Shown piece after piece: positions 1 to 14,091 of a DNA stretch of 64,000 nucleotides. Position 1 is the stretch's first letter. Each line of letters begins with the position of its first letter. The position numbers were made by a program, and so were the translations under genes. Source of the stretch: Octopus vulgaris (taxonomy: Eukaryota); contig OX597817.1 of the NCBI GenBank assembly GCA_951406725.2, forward strand, positions 140,864,001 through 140,928,000, given 5' to 3'. The notes beneath the pieces were generated by a model. That model was given only the letters and a program-made list of their open reading frames with translations. It ran no database searches and was not told the DNA's origin.

Positions 1-451
1 AATCGCAAAATACTTGATGGCTATTACCCAGCACCGCAATTCCTACAAGACTATCATCGTAACCATGATTATCACACTACCAACAAGATCTCCCGACTTC
101 CAAACTGCAGTCATTCTTTTTGGTCTCTTACCAAAAAATCTCCACCAAATTTTCAAAAGCATCTTTTTCTCTTCTTCCCAACCATGATAATCCCGCCTAG
201 AAAATGTCCACGTTTGTCACCCGCTTTACCTACCAATTCGCACTATACTGAACACAGTAGAAAAACCTCTCTCAAGACTATCTCTGTCCAGTGTATCAAC
301 TTTATCACCATCATATACACACATACATACCAAATGCCAAAGTAATTCTAGTCACTTCAAACCGATAAAGGCTATTATTGACTCTCTGCCAATCTTCTAT
401 CATTCTCAAACAATATGTTCCAGTGCTAGGCTGTATCTACACAAAACTTTC

Positions 452-455
<4 letters not shown>

Positions 456-516
<61 letters not shown>
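456..516. repeat. (CT)n microsatellite
   Basis: Pure TC dinucleotide run. Confidence 0.95.
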
Positions 517-518
<2 letters not shown>

Positions 519-1050
519 CTGCTTGCTCTGAGTGCGTGTGTGTGTGTGTCGGGAATATAATATATAAACCAGTCTTGGGAAATGTACCGCACTGTGCCTC
601 ATTCCTGTAATTACCCCTGCTAACTACCCTTCTATTCCACTCACTAACAATATCTTCAAATGTGACAGACACAATCTTTAACAATAGTATTATCCATCAC
701 CTTCAAATCCCCTCCTCTCTCTCTCTCTCGATTTCTCTCTTTCTCTATCTATCTATCTCTCTCTCTCTCTATTTCTCTCTCTCTCTCTTTCTCCCTCTTG
801 CTCGTAAGCACACCTTGAAAACATTTACCCTATTTTTTTACTTCTGAGAATATCAACCTGCATGAGTACCCTGCCTACAGATAGTTTCTTTGCTCTCATC
901 GACTTTTAACATTTCAAACGAAATGTGAACATCATCAATCTCACCAATTAGAGAGAGCCTGCCAATAAGCACGGGTTCAACTTCCTCCTGACCAAACCAA
1001 AAGGAAAGGGGTCGGAGAAATGTGAGTTGATATATTTCCCAATTATATTT

Positions 1051-1228
1051 TATTTCTTTACTACCCACAAGGGGCTAAACACAGAGGGGATAAACAAGGA
1101 CAGACAAACAGATTAAGTCGATTACATCGACCCCAGCGCGCAACTGGTACTTAATTTATCGACCCCGAAAGGATGAAAGGCAAAGTCGACCTCGGCGGAA
1201 TTTGAACTCAGAACGTAACGGCAGACGA
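1051..1228 (-). mobile_element. SINE family A (tRNA-derived), 5'-truncated copy
   Basis: Matches other copies (cacaaggggctaaacacagag...cgaaaggatgaaaggcaaagtcgacctcggcggaatttgaactc); B box GAGTTCAAATTCC on minus strand. Confidence 0.85.
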
Positions 1229-1571
1229 GGAGCAAGTGACTAAACCTACCAAAAATTAAAATGTGAAGTACCTATGTGTGTATCGAACCTGTGTCACAGA
1301 ATTATGAGGCAAGACGTTTACCATTTCATCTGCGTTACGTGGCAGATAACAGCGCTGAAACTGTCTGAAAATTTAGTCTGAAAATTGCTTCAGCATAAAA
1401 GTTTGCGTCTGGTTGAGAGTTTGGGGATGGTATGGGGTGCGGTGGGTTTTTTTTTTTTTCTTAATCTGAGTGGTGCAGAGTGGTGGGAAAGAAATTTGGA
1501 AGGAAACCTAACGTTGATGACTTAATAAATCAGTTTAACATAGAGAACCAATAACAATAATAATAATAATA

Positions 1572-1626
<55 letters not shown>

Positions 1627-2009
1627 CGATGATGATGATAATAATAATAATGGCAGAAGTTCAAAGTGACAAATTTATTTCTGTTATGACCTGAAAACAA
1701 TTTCTCATCTATCTAAAATAAAAAATATTTTCCTTTTCCGTTTTTTTTTTAGTTTTTTTTTTTTCTGTGTGTCAGTGTGATGGTGTAAAAACTCATTCTA
1801 TTTGGTATACCTACACACACGCACACGCACACGCACACACAAACATCATATTTATGTGTGTGTGCATACATATATACACCTATGTATGTATATAAGTGTG
1901 TATATGTGTATGTATATATATATACACGTATATGCATACACATATGTGTATATGTATCTCTCTCTTCCTCTTCCTTACTCTCACTCCCCATATATATATA
2001 TGTAAATAT

Positions 2010-2062
<53 letters not shown>

Positions 2063-2085
2063 AATATATATATAAATATGAATAA

Positions 2086-2117
<32 letters not shown>

Positions 2118-2784
2118 GTACATGCATACACACCGACACACATCGACACACACCGACACACACATACACACACACGCACCCATATATATATGTATGTATA
2201 TCAAACAATACTGCAATGGCTTCGGGACTTCCGAACATACGTACGCCAAGAAAAAGCCAGCCACATACTATGATACAAAACATTAGATTATGAGTGTGTG
2301 TGTCTGTGTGTCTGTGTGTCCGTGTGTCTGGGGAAAGACACGTGTAAAAATATTCACCGTGAACAAAGCTGTTTAAATACACCAAAGCATTGATTACCTT
2401 TTAACGGATAACGTAATCAATGCGTTGTGGAGAGGCCTTCATTATTGATAGCTTTTGCAAGATTGGCAAAGAACACAAAGGAGATTTGCGAGTCTTAATT
2501 ATTAGTTTTGTGTGTTTGGGGGTTGTTGTTGTTTTTAATTAGATTTCATTGAAATTAAAAGATTATTAACAGTTCTGGTGTTGTAGTGCCAACAGGTTAC
2601 ATCATTGTTTGATAATGTTTCACAAGAGAAACTCGATAGACGAACAAAAACCATTGGATATCGATCAGAATCAATAACACTTTTTTTTTCTTTTAGTATT
2701 TAGTTGATGTCTTTTTTTTTTTTACTTAACTTGATTTTGGAATCCAGTCGGTGAGGGGGGGCAAGTAGATTGTCATCGTCATCA

Positions 2785-3210
2785 ATGCTGTTGTTGTTGT
2801 GGTGGTGGTGGTGGTGGCGGCGGCGGCGGCGGCGGTGGTGGTGGTGGTGGTGGTGGTGGTGGTGGAGGTAGTGGTGGTAGTGGTGGTGGTGGTGGTAGTG
2901 GTTGTGGTAGTGGTGGTGGTGGTGGTGGTGGTGGTGGTGGTGGTAGTGGTTGTGGTAGTGGTGGTGGTGGTGGTGGTGCTGGTGCTGGTTGCGGCGGCGG
3001 CGGTGGTGGTGGTGATAATGATGGTTGTTATGATGATGATGGTTGTTCTAATTGATAGTAGTGGCAGAGTTGCTATGGAGGTGACGACGGTGGTTATGAT
3101 GGTGATGATGATGATGATGATGATGAAGTTTGTAGCGGTGATGGGGGTGATGGTCATGGTGGTTTCAGTAGTGGTAGCGGTTGTGGTGATCATTGTGGTG
3201 GCAATGTTGT
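2785..3210. repeat. (GGT)n/(GAT)n low-complexity tract
   Basis: Trinucleotide runs; source of the poly-V/poly-T ORFs. Confidence 0.9.
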
Positions 3211-4650
3211 AGTTGTTATTCTAGATGGCGATGGGCCATGGTCGTGGGGGTGGTTTATTCATCCCTTTCCTCTCCAGCCTTAAAGACACTAACCCTCCCC
3301 CTCCTGTTCAGAATGATTCTGCTAAATACCGTTGCTTAGAAACGACCTCCTTTGCGTTAGCAAAACGAAGAAGAAATCTTAACACATCTATAAGAAGCCG
3401 TTCTACCACAGCTGATATTTTCTGAAGATATTCTACCTCGTCTCAACAATTGAATCAACCTACGTGTGTATTGGCCGAGACACAGTTATTTACACCAGGC
3501 AGATGTATATGTGGTGCCCAACTCTTGAGCGCCTATACCAAAGCTAAGTCATCTATAATAGATAGATGTGTGTGTTGCCTACAGTTGGATCGTCTGTAAT
3601 ACACAGATGTGTGAATACTGCCCAAAACAAAAGACTTCTAAATTTGCCCAAATGTGAATCTAATTTTGAAAGCTTAAAGCTTGAACCAATAAATATCTAG
3701 AAAGCATGTTACTGTCAAAGGTATAAGTGAATTTATAGGTTACAGATTTACTTAAGGGTAAGGAAAGTTGTGACGTTGCAAGCATTATAAAGTTATACGA
3801 AGTTACAGGAAATTGGAGATATTCTAACAGCTACAGCAATATTGATAAATTAGTTTAGTCTTCTGTAGATTAATTCGAATAAAGATAGACTAGAAGAAAT
3901 ATTAGAAATAATAGAGACTATAGGGCAACTTTATAATATCATGAAGTGAGATTAGCTTTCTATATTATAATTCTGTGTGGTGAAGTCGAATAAGTTTACA
4001 TAATTAAATAAAGGCTTACATTATATTGAAAATCTATAATAAAAAATGGGTAGCTTAAGTCATGAATGTAATCTTTGAATAAGATAAAAGTTGAAAGATG
4101 TGTAAACCTGTGTAGATTATAAGTGTGACGATTGTGAATGAATACAATAACCTACAGAAGATCTAATACGGAAAGCATCGCTAATAAGAGCATTATTGTA
4201 TATAATGAATACTAAACATGTAAAATAGTTAAGGAAATAAAGAAATAAAAATTATGAAAATGCATAATTTTGAAGCATATGAAGTGCAGATATCTAGCAA
4301 AATCCATAAATTCATTGACGGCGTTGACAGTAAAAAACAGTTTCTAAACACAAATCGATTCAAACTTTTAGCATTCGAATTTATATGCACACCCACAAAA
4401 ATAAATAAATAAATACTTCGATATCACTTACATCCCTTAGCATTCAACTTAAAATATTCTCGTTCGTTAAATACAGGTCAGTAAATGACGTTTGTATTGT
4501 TAGTCATTAACTAATATGGAATTTAACGGTGTTACTTTCGAAATCTTCTCCCACCAATTCCAAACTTTCTGCTTCGCTGTCTTTTCTCTATTTTTTCTTT
4601 CTATACATTTCATAAGTTGTTCTGAAAAATTAAAACAATCAACGAAAGAA

Positions 4651-4743
<93 letters not shown>

Positions 4744-4787
4744 TGCATGTGTGTGTGTATACATATATATATACATATAAGAGAACA

Positions 4788-4843
<56 letters not shown>

Positions 4844-4875
4844 CATATACATTTTGTTCTCTTATATGTATATAT

Positions 4876-5081
4876 ATATTTCTTTACTACCCACAAGGGG
4901 CTAGACACAGAGAGGACAAACAAACGGATTAAGTCGATTATATCCACCCCAGTGCGTAACTGGTACTTATTTAATCGACCTCGAAAGGATGAAAGGTAAA
5001 GTCGACCTCGGCGGAATTTGAACTCACAACGTAGCGGCAGACGAAATACGGCTACGCATTTCGCCCGGCGTGCTAACGTCT
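4876..5081 (-). mobile_element. SINE family A
   Basis: Same sequence as other family A copies. Confidence 0.85.
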
Positions 5082-5274
5082 CTACACACACATACATACA
5101 TACATACATACATATACATACGTTCATATATATACATACATACGTTCGAACGTACGTACATACATACATACATACATACATACATACGCACATACATACA
5201 TGCATGCATACATACATACATACATACATACATACATACATACATACATACATACATGCATACATACATATATA

Positions 5275-5502
5275 CATTTCTTTACTACCCACAAGGGGCT
5301 ACACATAGAGAGGACAAACAAGGACAGACAAACGGATTAAGTCGATTACATCGACCCCAGTTCGAAACTGGTACTTTATTTATCGATCCCGAAACGATGA
5401 AAGGCAAAATCGACCTCGGCGGAATTTGAACTCAGAACGTAACGGCAGACGAAATACTGCTAAGCATTTCGCCCGGCGTGCTAACGTTTCTGCCAACTCG
5501 CC
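5275..5502 (-). mobile_element. SINE family A, near full length
   Basis: Minus-strand head GGCGAGTTGGCAGAAACGTTAGC (A box) and GAGTTCAAATTCC (B box). Confidence 0.85.
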
Positions 5503-5562
5503 AATGCATACATGCATATACACATACACATGCGCACGCACACACACACGCACATACACACA

Positions 5563-5618
<56 letters not shown>

Positions 5619-5646
5619 AACGCACACACACACACACACGTACACA

Positions 5647-6755
5647 CGAGGGTTGGCTGAAAAGTTCATAGGCTGACCGCAATACTTCCATGGAATGTGA
5701 CCAAATGAGATTTACTTTTCCAACATGGACCCCTTGAAGTCCACAAACCTCTTCCATCAGCGCTGCAATACTTGGATTCCATTGGGGACGAATCTTTCAT
5801 TCCCTCAGTCAAAAAAGTAATCAAAAGCAGATTGAACTGCGATACTGGTTCCCTGCCAAGTGTTTTTTCGTGATGGAGCTCAGATGATAGTCAGATGGGG
5901 CCAAATCAGGAGAATATGGAGGGTGGTCGACCAGCTGAAAGTCACCGCTGAGCATTTCGCCCGGCGCGCTAACGATTCTGAAATCTCGGCGCCTTACTAC
6001 CAGCTCGCCGCCCTTCTGCCAGCTCGCATGTAGGCCATCACCCCACCTGCAGATAAAACGATTTTAACCAATTTTGGAGCAGGCGGGAAAGGTTCTTTCC
6101 ACTGCATGGATTGTGTCTTTGTCTCTGGCTCAAAGTGGTGAAGCCAACATTCATCTTGGGTTAAGAAATATTCAAGGAAACCAGCTGGATCTGCCTGAAA
6201 AAATATCAGATTTTCCCGTGATGTAATTAACCTTTTTGATCAGGTGTGAGAAGACGTAGCACGCACCGAGCAGAAACTTTCGCCATGCCAAGTTCATTGT
6301 GCATAATATTCTCAACTCTCTCACAGGATATGCTAATAGTATTAGGCATTTGATTTATAGTCAGTCGCCTGTCATCCAATACCAAGTGAAGAACATGATC
6401 AAGGTTGTCCTCGGTGGCAGTTTCAGGACGTCCAGAACTTTGGTCATCTTCAAGATTCTCTCTCTCTTTCTCCTCCTAGATTCAGCTACCCACTTATGCA
6501 TTGCTGATAAAGCTGGAGCATCATCTCCTTATGCAGCATCCATGTCAGTATGAATACCCTTAAGGTCTAAACTGTTTTTCTACAGCTACTTGATGACACC
6601 ATGATGCGAAATTTTGTCGATTTTCAAGAGAAGTCCTAACTTTTCAGATATCCGTTTACCTGGAAAGAAACACTACTGCTATTAATAATGCATGATTTTA
6701 CAGCTCTAGCGTCACTCCTTCATAGTCAGCCTATAATCTTTTCAGCACACCCTCG
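5647..6755 (-). mobile_element. Degenerate mariner DNA transposon with a nested SINE A fragment (~5945-6025)
   Basis: Imperfect TIRs cgagggttggctgaaaagttcataggctgac / gtcagcctataatcttttcagcacaccctcg; minus strand encodes HPPYSPDLAP at ~5897-5926 and a mariner-like C-terminus (WKRFVDFKG..EK*). Confidence 0.85.
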
Positions 6756-6800
6756 TATGTGTTTACACACACACACACACATATTATTATTATTATTATT

Positions 6801-7332
6801 GAGTGAGAGAGCAGTGCATGCCATCAAAGTGACACTGGGGTAAAATATACAAAGCCCAGTATACCCATCATGACAACCCGTCTGATAAGGGTACACCAGG
6901 CACATGCATCACAACCATATGTGCGCGACATGGTGATCTCATAGCAAGATAAACAGCACATGACCTTGCCGGTGGAGCCTTGTTAGAATTTTCTTCTGGT
7001 CGAGTAGCCCATCCCGCTCAAAAGGTCCCTGAAGAAGGGTTGTTTAAGGATGTTGAACGAAACACCCATGTTTTCAGAGGTGAATTATCCCAAAGAATCC
7101 CTCTCAACACATGGCTATGATGCTCCCCCACTACTTCTGCTCATGATCAGAGATGCACATATCGTCAGCCACTAAGGGACATGCTCAACTAGTTACTGTC
7201 AAACAACTGACAAGCAAGTATTGAGCAGAATATTTGTTATCCATCTTTTATACCAAGACAAAACAATGTACATGATAACACTTCCAATCATTTAAAATCA
7301 GAAGCCATGAGAGCCACTGCCTGGTACTGCAT
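6801..7332 (-). mobile_element. ~555-bp (TAA)n-embedded non-coding element (family C), copy 1
   Basis: Near-identical to 24588-25144 and 30183-30736; flanked on both sides by (TTA)n. Confidence 0.9.
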
Positions 7333-7352
7333 ATTATTATTATTATTATTAT

Positions 7353-7415
<63 letters not shown>

Positions 7416-7954
7416 CAGCAGCAGCAGCAGCAGCAGCAGTAATATCATTGAGTTCATAAAAATATGTGTTTATATATTCTTAGTGTTCCAACGGATCATA
7501 ATGTAATCCTTGTATTGCCCTTTTGTGTGCACCCGGATGATGATTTTCCTCCCAACGTATTGTAAAATGCAAGATTATGTATTTATATATGTGTTGTCGC
7601 TTTAATTATGGTTGTGAAATGAAACAATTGTAGGTGAATATGTTAATTAATTAATTTGTATCCATTAGAACTCTCCGTTTTAAAACTTAATAATAATATT
7701 TGATATTCTAAAATATTCTATATAATATATTTATTGAAGAAATATCTCTTCAAAATACAATATATCAAACCAGTGTATCTTGGATAAAAATATCCCGATA
7801 AGAGTTCCAAATATCCTCATGGTGACTATATATATATATATGGATGGATGTATGTATGTATGTATATATATATATATATATAATCCACTATTCCGATGTC
7901 GCCTGATCGGGAAGTAGAGGTACGTAGCATTTGAGAAATCTGTTTTAGTGGAGG

Positions 7955-8011
7955 TTTACGCTGATGAAAGACATGGAGTTTATATTCCTAATCTAGAAAC
8001 GCGTTCATAAA
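7955..8011 (+). ncRNA. Degenerate minimal type I hammerhead ribozyme motif (Penelope-type)
   Basis: tttacg-CTGATGA-[imperfect stem II]-GAAAC-gc-GTT-cataaa; palindromic acgcgt stem III; stems imperfect. Confidence 0.5.
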
Positions 8012-8167
8012 TAACCATTAGACTTTGCTTTCGTTATTTCTTCCTTCTGTTTTGCATATGTGAATTACAGGGATATGTCGTATGTGGAGTCTCATTTGTA
8101 GAAAATAGAAATAAACAATTTTTCGGTATGTCGCTAAGCAACCTGTTGCCTGCCTCTTTTATTTATT

Positions 8168-8335
<168 letters not shown>

Positions 8336-8477
8336 CACAGACATGACAAGTAAACAGACAACCCATAAAACATCGTTTTATGCTTGTTCTAACTTGTAAA
8401 GGTTTATATTTTTTATTAATTGACATTTTTATGTTTCTGGTTCTATATGTGACTATGGTCGATCTTTTGTACTTGCC

Positions 8478-9089
8478 ATGTACAAAAGGAACCTTGGAAC
8501 TGTTTGAATTTCAATGAGGCCGTATCGTGGATCATTTTGAAGGTGGACATAGCGTAAAATCGCAGAAAACCTTGGGATCTCGCTTTCTACAGTTAATAGA
8601 GTGATTGTACAATTCACCAGAGAGGGGAAAGAGTCCACATCATCTCATCTAGATCAACCAGGGCCTTCTAGCAGGACCCTTCCCTTTGTTAAGAGAAGTG
8701 TGGTTGATAATCCTTGTTGCAAGGCTTCTGATATAGCAGGACAAGTTGATGTCAGTCCCAGAACAGCTGTCAGGTATCTCCACAAACTTGGTTACTATGG
8801 CAGAGCAGCAAGAAGAAAGCCATTTCTTCAACCAGCCAACATCAAGCGGAGTAAAGATTGGGCCAGTGAGATTATGGAGAGACCACTAGCATTTTGGGAC
8901 ACTGTCATATTCCCTGATGAGTCCAGATTCGCTGTATTTCCAGACAATGTTCGAGTGTGGGTCTGGAGACTCTGTGATCAAGAATTTGATGTGAAGAGAT
9001 TGCGGCCAACAATGAAATATGGCGGCTATTCTGTGATGGTCTGGGGAGCAACTTGGAGAAATAGTTTATCAGAGCTGGTGAAGTGTGGG
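8478..9089 (+). pseudogene. Tc1-family transposase fragment (HTH + start of DDE domain)
   Basis: ORF 8601-9182: [38 protein letters not shown]; truncated before the second D. Confidence 0.9.
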
Positions 9090-9554
9090 CTGTTATGTAG
9101 ATATATGTATGTATGTGTGTGTGGGTGGGGGGGTGTATGCATATATGTGTATATGCACATGTATGTAAGCATATGGATATGAAAATAAACAGATCAACAT
9201 ACAGATGGATAGGTACATAGATTATAAGAACAGACAAGCACACGTACACAAATGGAGACTGACACACCTGACCATATATACACACACTTTACTTCACACA
9301 AGTACACATATGGAGACGCGTGTCCACACATATGGAGATGCACATCCATACATACAATCACGGTACATAATTGCAAAACACACACGCACACACACACACT
9401 CAGACATGCACACACAAGGAGACAGAGGTGCAGACATATACAAACACATGCACACACACATACATAAAAAACACACAAACACGGACACGCAAACACATGA
9501 ATATGCCGAACACATACCTGTGTAAACTCTGGGTGTGGAGGTATGATATCTACT

Positions 9555-9710
9555 ATGTATATTTCCTATTTAGTATTGGGGAGGTTTCATTTATAAGGAC
9601 GTACTCCCGTATTTGTCTGAATGTTGGGTCTTTTGGGTGCTTGGATAAGATGCGGATGTCAAGTTGACCCAAGTTGCCTCCACGTTGGTCTTTGGTATGT
9701 TGGTAGAGTA
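9555..9710 (-). pseudogene. Penelope-like GIY-YIG endonuclease C-terminal fragment
   Basis: ILSKHPKDPTFRQIREYVLINETSPILNR resembles the R..E...I....P.LN end of PLE endonucleases; lies between microsatellites. Confidence 0.55.
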
Positions 9711-9745
9711 TATACATACATATATTTACGTACATACGTACATAT

Positions 9746-9924
<179 letters not shown>

Positions 9925-9953
9925 GAGACAGACACACAGAGAGACAGACAAAC

Positions 9954-10033
<80 letters not shown>

Positions 10034-10259
10034 CAGTATTATAGATTCATTTCAAGTGATTTTACCACTCAGTTTCGAACACGACTTAGAAGAGAACCTA
10101 AGACGGTTCTCTTCATAAGAGCTAATATGAACGGTGTGGCGACCGCTTTCTGCTACTTGAAAACAAGAAGTGTCATGGCCGGTTTGTGGGTACTGTGAAA
10201 ACAGAGATAAAAACCTTACGAAAAAAGTTCAGAGTTTGTGACTTGTGAATTCTTAAGCT

Positions 10260-10337
<78 letters not shown>

Positions 10338-10584
10338 TGTGGTGTGTGTACATACGTATATATGAAAACAGTTTTTGCGTAGTACTTTAATACTCTCAAC
10401 ATTAAAAATAATTATGAACTTCTTTAGAGCTAAGACTAAACTAAACGTGTTAGCATCTCTGTATTTTGATAAGATTCATTTTATAAGAACATCACCATTG
10501 TTTATACTTCGATTCAAACTGTGACCATGCTTCAGTATTATCGCAAAGCGTGACATTGAACTAAAATAAAAAGGAAGAAGACGC

Positions 10585-10719
10585 TAGCCGCCATTTTACC
10601 TATTGATTCCTTTATTTTTAAACGAAGCAAAGGGGTGATTGGAAGACTTAGAAAAAGGATTGAAATCATCCCTTTGCTTCATTTAAAAATAAAGAAATCA
10701 ATAGGTAAAATGGCGGCTA
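10585..10719. repeat. 135-bp hairpin (56-bp arms, 3 mismatches, 23-nt loop)
   Basis: 10585-10640 is the reverse complement of 10664-10719. Confidence 0.9.
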
Positions 10720-10964
10720 AAATGGTCGATTTAAAAAAAAATCTTACTGATTATTTTCCGATGCACTGTCACATAATGATCTTTTGGTAGCTTAAAATTC
10801 CACTTTTCTTGGATTATAATTCTGCTGAAAAGAAATTACATTGATTCCAAAGAAGCTCCTCTGAATGCAGACAATCCAGCACTATATAAATATGGATATT
10901 TGAGTGCATCTGTGAGCATCGATGGATACAGCTGCATGTATATGCGAACGTATGAGTGTGTATG

Positions 10965-11021
<57 letters not shown>

Positions 11022-11467
11022 CATTCCTGTGTACTCATGGCTAAATGTATTTCTGTCCTTTATATTCTCTTCTATCGAATCAATAAAATCAATAGTCTAA
11101 TTTTTAAAAATATTCCCAGATTTTAAAAAACATTTCTCTATTTTCTCTCTTTCTATTGTTGTATGCATTAATATTGATGTTGTTGTTATTATAATTATTA
11201 CTATTATTAATATTTTCTTTCTCCTTATCTTTTATGTAACCTCCCACACACACGCGCGCAAACTGTTGACTGTCCTTATAACGTTCCCTAATGCCCCTGT
11301 GCCTAATAAAGAAATGATCATTATTATTATTATCATTATTATTATTATGATTATTATTGCTGTTGTCATCTTTATTCGAATTGCAGTTAATATAAAATCA
11401 TTATTTATATTCTTCCATAATTGGTGGTGTCTCATATTATTCTTATTATCTCTGTTCTTATTATTTC

Positions 11468-11665
<198 letters not shown>

Positions 11666-12163
11666 ATGAATATTATCCATCAGCATCATTATCGTCATCA
11701 TCACCATCGTCATCGTCAGTTATTATAAATTATCGATCTGTTCGTTAGTGATTTTTGAATTTCTTGTCTAAAGACGTTTTCCTTGCATTCTTTTCCCGTC
11801 ATTCATTCAAACTTGTGGTATTGTTGTAGTTGTTGTTGTGGCTGTCATCGTCGTCGTCGTTGTTCACTTCAATATCATTCCAAACTTTCACACAAATAAG
11901 CTTCTTTTTTTCCTTTCTTCTTCTTCCTCTTTTTAGCGTGTGTATATGTGAGTGTATGGATGTCTGTATGTGAATGTGTGAGTTTGTGTGATTGTGGATG
12001 AGTGATGGGTATAAGTGTGCGTGAGTGCGAGAGGGAGAGTATAACTGCGTGTGAATGTGAATGTATGTGATTGTGTATGTGTGTGTGTGTAAGTGTGTGC
12101 ATGTGTGCATACAATGTGTAACAGTGTGTGTCGGTGTTTATCTACCGGTATGAGTGTGTGAGT

Positions 12164-12195
<32 letters not shown>

Positions 12196-12338
12196 AGCCA
12201 TGTATGTGTATTTGAATGCCTGTGTGAGTACGTTTGAGTGTGAATGTACCTGGGTGTGTGTCTGTGTCTGATAGTGAGAGTGTTTGTGTGTGTGAGTGTG
12301 TGTATGTGTGTGTGTGCCCGCACGCGCGCGCGTGCGAG

Positions 12339-12876
12339 TGTGTGTGTGTTTTTACTTTTTGTTCGTTTGTTTGTTTTCCTAAACTTTTATCATTTTCTGC
12401 TTCCTGTTATAGCACTTGACTGTTAGTGATTGCACAACATCTGCGAGGGAGCACCTACGTGGAGACTCGACCCACCATAAATAGCAGTCACATCACTCTC
12501 AAATTATACCCACTATTCTCTTGGGGAAAGAACAACCACATTGAATAGCTGATGTGCTCCGAGACAGAATGGTCATGCCTGGACTGCTTTTGAAGATAGG
12601 TTTGCATGATCAAGGTTTAAAAAATAAGGATAACAATGACAGCCATTAATAGAATGATATGAGGATGTCTCTACGAGATTGCACGTTCTGCTAGAAATAG
12701 CAGCCATTTCTTTTTTTTACTTAGTAAAAAAGAATGGAATATTGTCGAGTGCCCACGTAGGTGCTCCCTCGCGGATGTTGTGCAATCACTAACAGTCAAG
12801 TACAACAACAGGAAGCAGAAAATGATAAAAGTTTAGGAAAACAAACAACCGAACAAAAAGTAGAAACACACACACA
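12339..12876. repeat. ~130-bp inverted repeat pair around a ~270-bp spacer
   Basis: 12339-12471 vs 12744-12876 are reverse complements with few mismatches. Confidence 0.85.
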
Positions 12877-12943
12877 CACAAACACTCACTCTCAGACGCA
12901 GACACACACTTATAGTTTATTTCAGACTATATTGGAGGATATA

Positions 12944-13163
12944 TATTTCTTTACTGCCCACAGAGGAGACAAACAAGGACAGACAAACGGATTAAGTCGA
13001 TTACATCGACCCCAGTGCGTAACTGGTACTTTATTTATCGACCCCGAAATGATGAAAAGCAAAATCGACCTCGGCGGAATTTGAACTCGGAACGAATCGA
13101 CAGACGAAATAAGGCTACGCATTTCGCCCGGCGTGTTAACGGTTCTGCCAGCTCACCGCCTTT
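12944..13163 (-). mobile_element. SINE family A
   Basis: Family A sequence with head. Confidence 0.85.
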
Positions 13164-13321
13164 AATATTGGAGGATATTGTCTGAAGTAAACTCAAACAG
13201 CAAAAAGCAAAAGAAATACAAAACGTGATGATCATGGTCAGAATGTCTTTCATTACAAATCTGGTTGACAAGGAGTGAATTGCAGCTAAACAGCACCATG
13301 ACAACGATAACAACAACGACG

Positions 13322-13354
<33 letters not shown>

Positions 13355-13687
13355 TCAATAACATATGAACAGCAACAATGCAATGAACGATAATAGCCAA
13401 TATCGATTTCTTTCATTTGTCTCCTATACGTTGAGAGTGATCAGGTTATTGAAATGAAATGAAAGACCACTCTTTGGTCAAGTATCCTTGAGTCCACCAA
13501 GGATACTTTCCCTCAACCGGGAAGGCAAGGCAGTCTTCATCGAACTGGTGGCCATGGTGAAAGAATGTGTGTGCTGGACTCAAGGATACGTGTCCAGGGT
13601 GGCGTTAGATAGATAAACAGACATATGGGTCATTTTATTTGTGTATCATACTACCTACCTCATTTTCTTTCTTTATATATATATATA

Positions 13688-13902
13688 TTCTCTTTTACTC
13701 TTTTACTTGTTTCAGGCATTTGACTGCGTCCATGCTGAGCACCGCCTTTAGTCAAGCAAATCGACCCCAGGATTTATTCTTTGTAAGCCTAGTACTTATT
13801 CTATCGGTCTCTTTTGCCGAACTGCTAATTTACGGGGACAACATCTGTTGTCAAGCGATGTTGGTGGGACAAACACAGACACAAACATATGCACACGCAT
13901 AT

Positions 13903-13937
<35 letters not shown>

Positions 13938-13942
13938 CGTGT

Positions 13943-13982
<40 letters not shown>

Positions 13983-14091
13983 CAGGCTTCTTTCAGTTCC
14001 CGTCTAACAAGGCTATAGTAGAAGACACTTGCCCAAGGTGCCACGCAGTGGGACAGAATCTGAGTCCATGTGGTTGGTAAGCAAGCTACTT
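13688..14091 (-). mobile_element. SINE family B (tRNA-derived, internal TA/TG microsatellite, (AAAAGAGT)n-like tail)
   Basis: Matches 23314-23730; small internal deletion. Confidence 0.85.

Noticed and set aside
1749-5757. Many overlapping YI/CV/HT/MYVC ORFs (also at 9-13 kb, 45 kb, 49-50 kb)
   Set aside because: Di- and tetranucleotide microsatellite translations
10060-10130. Hammerhead candidate around the hairpin gaagagaacc/ggttctcttc
   Set aside because: Core boxes are mis-spaced and there is no stem I
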